DNA of 20,000 bases from Pseudovirgaria hyperparasitica (Eukaryota), in the NCBI GenBank assembly GCA_010093815.1, contig ML996579.1. One strand, 5' to 3'. The notes under the pieces are model-generated. The model saw only the letters and a program-made list of their open reading frames with translations. It had not been told where the DNA came from and searched no databases. Both the position numbers and the translations under genes were made by a program. Positions 11,427 through 20,000 of the stretch are shown here, one piece after another (positions within the stretch are counted from its first letter, which is position 1; the number at the start of each line of letters is the position of its first letter).

Positions 11427-11799
11427 TGTGGAAGGCCGCTCCTATAGCCCTATATATATGTGTCCCTGGCTCGATTATATGGCTTTATTATATATTTAAG
11501 GAGGGCGTTTTCCTCGGTCATTCTACTCGGCACGCTTCCCCCATTACTAATATTCGACGATTTGACCTTTTCTTACGTTCATGGGCCTCTATAGGTATTA
11601 ATTATTAGGCTTAGCTATTAAAGAATTAATTAAGAGTATTATATAGACCCGTCCTATCGTAAAAGAGAACTAATAAGAAGTCGTACGTTCAAAGAGAACT
11701 TATAATACCTAGGAGAGATACTTGTGAGTTCGTCGCGACTACTATACTAAGAATATAGCCATTTATAAAAAGGGACACACGTGGCGATGGCTTACTACA
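11427..11799 (+). repeat. 3' LTR of element A
   Basis: TGTGGAAGG...CTTACTACA, 373 bp, followed by the ATAG TSD. Confidence 0.95.
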
Positions 11800-14499
11800 A
11801 TAGTATAATATCTTTATAAATCTATCTAGAACTACGAGTAAACTATTATAAATATACCTAGAATACTTACTTAGGGGTAGATCTATAATAAAATCCATGG
11901 ATAATTTCTTTTATACCTCCTTTAGTATAGGTAATAGCCTTAATTTACTATATAGTAAGTGTCTATATACTTTCGTATACTAGTAAACGTTATACGTTTT
12001 TATATAGTCTTTTATATATTTATAAAGACCTAGCTAGTTATATATCCTTCGGATTAAATTAACCGTCCTTATAATATTAAAGTACTCTACTAACGCGTAA
12101 TTATACTATTCCCTTAAAATATTAATTTATAAGCCGCCTTCTAGTACGTAGAGTCGGTCTTAGAAGTAGATTACGTCTAATTATTATTTCTATCTTAATA
12201 ACTATGGCGGATCTATAGCGCTTCCTTTTATACTTATAACTTTCTTTACTAATATATTAGAATTCTAGATAGATTTAATTAAGTCTTTAAGGGTTTTCTT
12301 AGTTTCTTAGATATTTATTTAGATTACTTAATACCCGCTCTAATTCCCGTGGAGAATCGCCGAAAGTATCCTAGCTTCTAGTATTCTATTAGATAACTAG
12401 TCTTATAGTATCTAAAGTATAGTATAGTCTAACTTATACCGACTATCTACGTCATTCTATAATAATTTCTTATAATCTTTACGCCGCGATAGAGGATTAG
12501 CTTTATTCTCTCTTCTAGCTTTATATAAGATTTTAAAGTTAAATATTAATATCTACTTAGCCTAATATACTTATCGGCGATTAAGGACCTTAGTTAATAT
12601 AAAGTAATATAGATTTATATAATCCGATAATAATTCGATCTAATATATAGAGCCTTCTAAATAATATTACTATTACTTAAAACTCTTAATAATTATAAGT
12701 AGTTTCTAGTCGTACGTGTTATAACGCGTCTCTATATCTACTATTTTATAGAAAAAGAAAGCGACCGGGTGCTATTATACCTTATCTTTTATATCTTTAT
12801 ATAGTTAACTAATAATTCTAGTAATTACGAATTCTAACGCGTTAGTTTTAACCTGAATATACTTCTTAGAATTAAAATACCTAAGAATCGGCGTAGTTAT
12901 AAAGTAATTCTTTAACGATTAGAACGTATCTCACGCTTCCAGTATTAACTATATCTCGACTAACTTAGCTTTATACTATACTCGCCTACCTATAGAGATT
13001 TTACTACTATTCTCTATAAGTTTATTAAGCGGCGCCATAATTCGTAAGAAGCCTATAATGAATTTATAATAATAGTTCACGAAACCTATAAATATTCTAA
13101 TTTAACGTATAGTAGTAGGTTCTAGCTATTCCATAATAGTCTTTATACGCTCTAGCTCTATTTTTAGGCCGCTATATATTATAATAAAGCCAAGAAACCT
13201 AACTTCTTATTAGTAAAACTCGTATTTAGATAATTTTACGTAGAGTTTATACTACCTTAGACGATTTAGCACTAATTTCACGTGTTCTTTATAATTCTAT
13301 ATACTATTAGAGTAAATTAGTATATTATTAAGATAAACTACGTAAATCACGTTAAGTAATTCTATGAGTATAGTATTAATATATTCTTAAAACGCTCCTA
13401 GCGCATTTATTAGCCCGAATAGTATAATAGTATACTTAAAATAACTATATCTAGTCTAAAATATAGTTTTCTACTTATCTCCGCGACGAATTTAAAGCTA
13501 GTAATATATATCTTATAAATCTAGCTTCGTAAAGTACTTTACCTTTATTAATTAGTCTAAAGATTTACTAACTAGTAGTAATAGATATCGATTCTTCTTA
13601 GTTACCGTATTTAGTATCTAATAGTCGATATATAGATATAAACTTCCGTCTTTCTTCTTTACGAAGAGAATAGATACGCTAGCTAATAATATACTATAAT
13701 ATATCTAGCCTCTTCTAAGGTATTCTTTAATATATTTATAAAGAACTTTAAGTTCTAGTCTTAAAAGTAGATAAAGTAGGCTATAAGGAATGTCTACTCC
13801 TTCTTTAAGCTTAATCTTTAGCTTATATAGTCTATAATTAGGGAGAAGTAACGTATCTTCTACCGAAAATATATCCGCATACTATAAATATACGTTAGAT
13901 AGCGTATCTTCGCCCCGATTATTACTATCGTCCTTATCTTTATTAATAATTAATAAGAATATAAGATAGATTAGTAATAATCGGGTCTATACGGCGAGAT
14001 TCTATGCCTTCTTACTAATAGTTACGACTTATTAGTATAATTTACTATAGTATTATTAGAACGTTAATATCTTCTTCTAAAAATCAAGAATAGGGTTTAG
14101 ATATCTAAGCTAAGGTATCTCTAGAATTATATTCTATTAGCTAATATTAGCTACGATAAATTTATTAGATATCTACTATTTTATTATCTTTAAGTTATAA
14201 ACTTTATAATTTATTATAGCTTTACCTAAAGTTCTAACTTTATATCTATTAACTACGATAGTTCGGCTAACTTTACTAAGATTATATAATAATCTATACT
14301 CCTTTACGAGAATTAACGAAATATAGTTATCTTCTATACTAGTATCTACGAGGGCCTATATAGTTTTATTACTATTTACTATAGGTAATAATACTTTTAG
14401 TAATATTAGGTCTTTACTCGCTAGAAGGCGCTATAGCTCCTCCTAAGTATATATAATTTAGCTAAGAACGCGGTTAGATCTTATATACTAGTCTATTCT
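11800..14499 (-). pseudogene. pol of element B (PR-RT-RNase H-IN N-terminus), RIP-degraded
   Basis: ALVDT(G) (~14340-14355), [13 protein letters not shown] (~13620-13670), VVYL(DD)IL (~13320-13342), (E)T(D)A(S)EF (~12830-12850), integrase HHCC (~11980-12090), MDFI.DLP (11898 downward). Confidence 0.92.
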
Positions 14500-15963
14500 T
14501 TTTTTGGATTCTTATAGTTAGGTGAAATATATTCTATTTCTCTATACTTATAGTAACGAAGTACGCTATAATCCTACTATTTTATAATAGGCGTTATATT
14601 TAAGTCTATATCTTATCCTTTTCTACGTTAAGAAGTACTACCTTAATTATTTTAGTATCCTCTTAACGCGTTTCTACCCTAATTTACGCTCTTCTAGCGC
14701 TAATTATAGTAAGGTTACTCTTAATCAAATATATTCGATCGACCTTGTTTCTAACCCGTATAGGGTTTATTAGTTTTATCTAGAGAGCTACGTTCCTTAA
14801 GGATGCGGTAGTATTTATTAGCTTTCTCCTCTAATTTATATAGATAGTTAAAACTTAATAATACTATTTCTAGTCTTTCGCGGATTAACGGAAGTAGTAC
14901 TTTATAAAACTAGAATATATAAATATTTTCCTATAGCGTAGGGATATTATTCTATAGGTTTTAGAGATATTATAGTAGTTAAGTAGATGTCTAGTTCGGT
15001 TATTATACCACGCTTCTTAACTTAGATAGTATCTTTCTTTCACGTTCTCTATTTATTCCGAGGGTGTTTAGTATAAATATAGCTAAATATTTCTAGGTTA
15101 TTATAGATAGTAGCTATACTTCCTTCTATCTATTCTATTAATTGCGGGATTATAAGTCTGTTAGGCACGTGAGGAACACGTGGCCTACCAGTTAATTATA
15201 CATGTGTGTAGTAGTCGTATATAAGCAGTGTACTCCACCCTTGAAGCAGTAGCTTCAAGATTCGGTCCTTTTAGTATAGTTAGTTAGTGCGTGGAGCCCG
15301 CCTCCTTACAAAGTCTAGATATCGTTCTCTAAACGAAATACGTTATACTTTAGTAGAAAAGAGTAGAGGGTTATCGAGGAAGTACTTTTTATAGTCTCTC
15401 TTCTAGTCTTTCTACTCCTTTTAGTTCTTCCCTATAAATATAGTTAGGTCTTTAGATTTTAGTATATCTAGGGAAGAAGTAGAGTAAATCGGTAATAAAG
15501 CGGCCGGGTATATAGTAGATTATTATAACTCTAATAGTAGGTAAACTAATTCCGCCTAAATTAGTATAGAAAGTCGTCTACCTACTATTATTCGGCGTAG
15601 TTCTTTAAGATACTTCTTAAGTTCTCGTCTCTTTATAAGAAGTTTCACGCGTTCTATCTATTCTTTAAGAGTTTAAATCTCTCGAGCCTAATTCGCGATA
15701 TATTTCTAAAGTTTAGCGATAGTTTATTATAATACCTTATATAGCTCCGCTATAACTTATTATCCGGCTTTATATTATTAGAAGTTACTTAGCGTCTCTA
15801 CTATTTCTTCGTCTAAAAGCTCTATAATTTAGTCTAATATTTCTACTTCTTAGTTAGAAACGGCTAGGATTAATACTAATTATAGAGGATCCCTATTATT
15901 TAATATAGTATTACTTATCCCTATAGTAGATCGTGTCGACCTTCTCGGTTCTAGTTAGACTAT
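14493..15963 (-). pseudogene. gag of element B, interrupted by a solo LTR
   Basis: Homologous to gag of C. Length minus the 157-bp insertion plus TSD equals 1314 bp, identical to C's gag. Confidence 0.85.
15159..15310 (+). mobile_element. 152-bp solo LTR of another family, with 5-bp TSD
   Basis: TGTTAGG...CCTTACA ends; AAGTC flanks both sides (15154-15158, 15311-15315); absent from the homologous site in C (~18355-18362); TATATAA at ~15218. Strand inferred from the TATA orientation. Confidence 0.9.
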
Positions 15964-15997
15964 CTTAACTATAGTACTATATAGAGAGTAATTCGAA

Positions 15998-16225
15998 TAT
16001 AAGAATAGGGTTATTAGATAGTAGTATAGTTAGATAGAATAATAGAGTATATTCTATTATAGAATGAATTACTACCGAACCCTTTTAGTAGAAATCTAAG
16101 AGTATATATATAAAGGGACGCCGATCTATCTAGTATATAACTATTTACTACCGTTTACGTTACCTTCTAACCCTGTTAGCTAAGGTATATATAGATCGGG
16201 TTCTATCTAAGGCTAAGTCCTAACA
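15998..16225 (-). repeat. 5' LTR of element B (inner boundary 15998 or 16012 inferred)
   Basis: Reverse complement of 17445-17672; ends ...TCCTAACA at 16225, where homology with C stops. Confidence 0.75.
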
Positions 16226-17444
16226 AGAGAACTAATAGAAGTTAGGATTTATTACTCCTTATCGGGGATATAAGACCTTTATAGTAGCTATAATAGAATT
16301 AGTAAATTCCCTTAGTTTCTTCTAGTACTATATAGAGAACCTGTTCGGTAATTACTTATAGAAGTTTATACTTATATATATTAATAACGTAATTATTTTT
16401 AGTTATAATCTAGAGGACCATTTACTTTATCTTAAGCGCGCGCTAGATCTACTTAATTAAAGCGGTATTACCCTAAACCTAGGTAAATACTATTTCGCCT
16501 ACCCTTTAATTTAGACATTAGAATATTATGTTTCACGCCTTAGACTTAGTATATTAAAGAAAAAGGTTAACGCCGTTAGAAATATTAAGTTCCCTATAAA
16601 CTTATAAGAACTTAAATAGTTCCTTACTTTCAAGAACTATTATTATAAATTTATAGAGAAATATATAATTATTACTAAACTATTATAAGAACTTAAAAAT
16701 AAGGGCTTTAAGAATACTCTAAAGAAGAGATTTAAATAGGAACGCTACATAAAGCGGATAAGTATTATATCTCTTATTAAAGACGCTTCTTATCGTTTAA
16801 AATGCGAGTAGATATATAAGAATCTTAAGTATCGTTTCTATACCGCCCTAATACTTATATATCTAGACTTTAACCGCGGTTTTATTTTCTATATTAACGG
16901 TAGCCTTAACGGTTTCGGTTACGCTATCTACTAAATAGACTTAACCGATATAGATAATTCTATAGAGAAGCCCGTTCTATATCTATTATATACTATAGTA
17001 CTTACTAAAAAGTACTATTAGTCTACTAAACTCGAAACTATGGCTCTTGTATAGGCTTTACGTAAGCTCCTACATTTCGTAGATTATAGATATTATATTA
17101 TATATATTAACTACGAAGCGATTATAGCTATCTATAAAGAAGAGAATACTAAGGGTAAATGTTTAGAAAGACTTATAGGATAGTAACTATTCCTAAGTCG
17201 GTTTAAAAAACGATTAGAGCTTAGATACTAACTAGGGAAAGATTACTAGAACGCGGACTTATTATTCTAATTACTATGTATAAGCGCGCTAGAGTAGACC
17301 GAACTTACTACTACGTTACTAATTCATTATATAAACTACGTAGACTATATAATCCCGGATAATATTATTTAGCGAACGGAATTTATTAAGATAACTAATA
17401 AGTTTAAGGAAGCTATTCTTAAAAACTCCCTAAAGGATCCTACC
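16226..17444 (+). pseudogene. Fragment D: RT-RNase H segment of a third Ty3/gypsy family, bounded by B and C
   Basis: De-RIPed: MGL.NSPSFFQH.ME.LF..YLWKF.L.YIDDVIIFS (YI(DD) at 16377-16388), KC.FAYPSI.TLGH.VSRLGLS, FILYIDGS..GFG (~16880-16920), ELETMALVWALRKL (~17030-17070), NADLLS (~17250). Confidence 0.88.
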
Positions 17445-17672
17445 TATTAGGACTTAGCCTTAGATAGAACCCGACCTGCACGTACCTTAGCTAATAGGGA
17501 TAGGAGGTGACGTGAAGGGCGGTAAATAGTCACGTGCTAGATAGATCGGCGTCCCTTTATATATATACTCTCGGATTCCTACCGAAAGAGTTCGGTAGTA
17601 ATTCGTTCTATAATAGAATACACCCCATTATTCTATCTAACTATACTACTATCTAATAACCCTATTCTTATA
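17445..17672 (+). repeat. 5' LTR of element C (3' end 17672 or 17658 inferred)
   Basis: TATA tract at ~17557-17567. Candidate ends CTTATA (=CTTACA) at 17672 or CTAATA (=CTAACA) at 17658; no 3' LTR is in the window to confirm. Confidence 0.72.
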
Positions 17673-17706
17673 TTCGAATTACTCCCTATATAGTACTATA
17701 GTCAAG

Positions 17707-19020
17707 ATAGTCTAACTAGAACCGAGAAGGTCGACACGATCTACTATAGGGATAAGTAATACTACATTAAATAATAGGGATCCTCTATAATTAGTATTAA
17801 TCCCGGCCATTTCTAACCGAGAAGTAGAAATATTAGACTAAATCACGGAGCTTTTAGACGAAGAAATGGTAGATACGCCGAGTAACTTCTAATAATATAA
17901 AGCCGGATAATAAGTCGTGGCGGAGCCACGTAAGGTATTATAATAAACTATCGCCGAACTTTAGGAATACGTCGCGAATTAGGCTCGAGAGATTTAAACC
18001 CTTAAAGAATAGGTAGAACGCGCGAAACTCCTCGTAAAGAGACGAGAACTTAAGGAGTCTCTTAAAGAACTACGCCGAACGATAGTAGGCGGACGACTTC
18101 CTATACTAATTTAGGCGGAATTAGTTTACCTACCATTAGAGTTGCGATAATCTACCGTATACCCGGCCGCTTCGTTACCGATTTACCCTACTCCTTCCCT
18201 AGGTATACCGAAACCTAAAGACCCGACTATATTTATAGGGAAGAACTAAAAGGAGTGGAAAGACTAGAAGAGAGACTGCAAAAAGTACTTCCTCGATAAC
18301 CCTCTACTCTTTTCTACTAAAGTATAATATATTTCGTTTAGAGAACGATACCTAGGCTTATAATCCCGCGATTAATAGGATAGATAGAAGGAAGTGCAGC
18401 TACTATCTACGATAACCTAGGAATATTTAGCTATATTTATACTAAACACCCTCGGAACGGATAGAGAACGTGAAAGAAAGGTACTATCTAAGTTAAGAAG
18501 CGTGGTATAATAACCGAACTAGACACCTACTTAACTACTATAATACCTCTAAAACCTATGGGATAATATCCCTACGCTATAGAAAAATATTTATATATTC
18601 TAGTTTCGCGAAGTACTACTTCCGTTAATCCGCGAAAGACTAGGAATAGTATTATTAAGTTTTAACTATCTACACGAATTAGAGGAGAAAGCTAATAAAC
18701 ACTACCGCATCCTTAAGGAACGCGGCTCTCTAGGTAAAACCGACGAACCCTATACGGGTTAGAAACGAGGTCGATCGAATACGTTCGATTAAGAGTAACC
18801 TTACTATAATTAGCGCTAGAAGAGCGTAAATCGGGGTAGAAACGCGTTAAGAGGATACTAAAATAATTAAGGCGGTGCTTCTTAACACGGAAAAGGATAA
18901 GGCATAGGCTTAAATATAACGCCTATTATAAAATAGTAGGATTATAGCGCACTTCGTTACTATAAGTATAGAGAAATAGAATATATTTCGCCTAACTATA
19001 AGAATCCGAAAAAAGAATAG
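17707..19020 (+). pseudogene. gag of element C
   Basis: Starts at ATA (RIPed ATG) V(Q).EPRRSTRS; KPKDP..F.GKN..EWKD.KRDC; C-terminal Zn knuckle de-RIPed CYKCGETGHISPNC (18958-18999); ends KKE-TAG. Confidence 0.85.
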
Positions 19021-20000
19021 GCTAGTACACGAGACCTAACCGCGTCCTTAGCTAAATTATATATACTTAGGAGGAGCCGCAGCGCCTTCCGGCGAGTAAA
19101 GACCTAATATTACTAAAAGTATCGTTACCTATAGTAAATAGTAATAAAACTATATAGGCCCTCGTGGATACTAGTATAGAAGATAACTATATTTCGTCGA
19201 TTCTCGTAAAGGAGTATAGATTATCGTATGATCTTGGTAAAGTTAGCCGAACTATTATAGTTAATAGATATAAAGTTAGAACTTTAGGTAAAGCTATAAC
19301 GAATTACGAAGTTCATGACTTAAAGATAATAAAATAGTAGATATCTAATAAATTTATCGTGGCTAATATTAGCTAATAGAATATAATTCTAGGGATGCCT
19401 TAGCTTAGACGCCTAAACCCTATCCTTAATTTTTAGAAGGAGATATTAACGTTCTAATAACACCGTGGTAAATTATACTAGTAAGTCGTAACTATTAGTA
19501 AGGAGGCATGGAACCTCGCCGTGCGGACCTAATCGTTGCTAATCTATCTTACGTCCTTATCGATTATTAATAAAGACGAGGACGATAGTAATAATCGGGG
19601 CGAAGACACGCTACCCGACGTATATTCGTAGTATACAGATATGTTTTCGGTAGGAGATGCGTTACTTCTCCCTAATCACGGGCTGTATAAGCTAAAGATT
19701 AAGCTCGAAGAGGGAGTAGACGTCCCTTATAGCCTACTTTATCTACTTTTAAGACTAGAACTCGAAGTTCTTTATAAATATATTAAAGAATATCTTAAAA
19801 GAGGCTAGATACGTTATAGTACGTTATCGGCCGGCGTATCTATTCTCTTCGTGAAGAAGAAAGACGGAAGTTTATATCTATGCGTCGACTATCGGGCACT
19901 AAATGCGGTAACTAAGAAGAATCGTTATCTATTACCGCTAGTTAGTAAATCTTTAGACTAATTAACGAAGGTAAAGTACTTTACGAAGCTAGATTTACGA
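19014..20000 (+). pseudogene. pol of element C (protease and RT N-terminus), in the -1 frame relative to gag
   Basis: ALVDT(GA)EDNYIS at 19158; ILGMP(W)L at ~19385-19408; [31 protein letters not shown] and KYFTKLDLR to the window end. Confidence 0.92.

Larger units (their letters stand above)
385..11799 (+). mobile_element. Element A: full-length Ty3/gypsy LTR retrotransposon (11,415 bp), Ylt1-like non-chromoviral type, carrying an extra 3' ORF
   Basis: Two 373-bp direct LTRs, ATAG TSD at 381-384 and 11800-11803, PBS, Gag-PR-RT-RH-IN order in one frame. Clade assignment is inference from the FLDD-type RT, single ORF and 4-bp TSD. Confidence 0.95.
11800..16225 (-). mobile_element. Element B: Ty3/gypsy retrotransposon (chromovirus-like RT/IN), minus strand; continues at 384-1
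   Basis: 5' LTR begins TGTTAGGAC (rc) at 16225, followed by gag, PR, RT, RH and IN. It is the reverse complement of element C over 13513-16225. Confidence 0.93.
17445..20000 (+). mobile_element. Element C: second copy of the B family, + strand, truncated by the window end
   Basis: LTR start TATTAGGAC (RIP of TGTTAGGAC), then gag, PR and RT N-terminus; colinear inverted match to B. Confidence 0.93.

Noticed and set aside
11426..11608. 60-aa + strand ORF
   Set aside because: Lies inside the 3' LTR; its ATG is created by the PPT/LTR junction and is absent at the 5' LTR.
11689..11898. 69-aa ORF MDFIIDLP...
   Set aside because: Not a gene: a chimera of B's integrase fragment and antisense A LTR across the insertion junction.
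1..20000. Alternative genetic code (TAA/TAG = Gln) or phage origin
   Set aside because: Stops replace both Gln and Trp, catalytic residues are also hit (DD to NN, C to Y), and paired repeats differ by transitions. All of this indicates RIP rather than recoding.

Overview
This window is a fungal (likely filamentous ascomycete) transposon nest with no intact host genes. It is heavily degraded by repeat-induced point mutation (RIP): TpA excess, CpA/TpG depletion, and TAA/TAG where Gln/Trp codons are expected. Five Ty3/gypsy-type LTR pieces can be resolved. (A) A complete 11.4-kb element at 385-11799 (+), with 373-bp LTRs, a 4-bp ATAG TSD, a tRNA-Gln-like PBS and single-frame gag-pol; it resembles the Ylt1-like non-chromoviral type. 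(B) A minus-strand element (16225 to 11800, continuing 384 to 1) whose integrase is interrupted by A. (S) A 152-bp barely RIPed solo LTR inside B's gag. (C) A second copy of the B family on the + strand from 17445, forming a large inverted repeat with B. (D) An RT-RNase H fragment of a third family between B and C. The main discovery is that element A carries, between pol and its 3' LTR, a ~3-kb (~1000 codon) extra sense ORF with its own promoter-like region. Its C-terminal half has the HxD...H...R signature of a 2-oxoglutarate/Fe(II) dioxygenase (PhyH-like). All translations were done by eye through RIP stops; no database searches were run.
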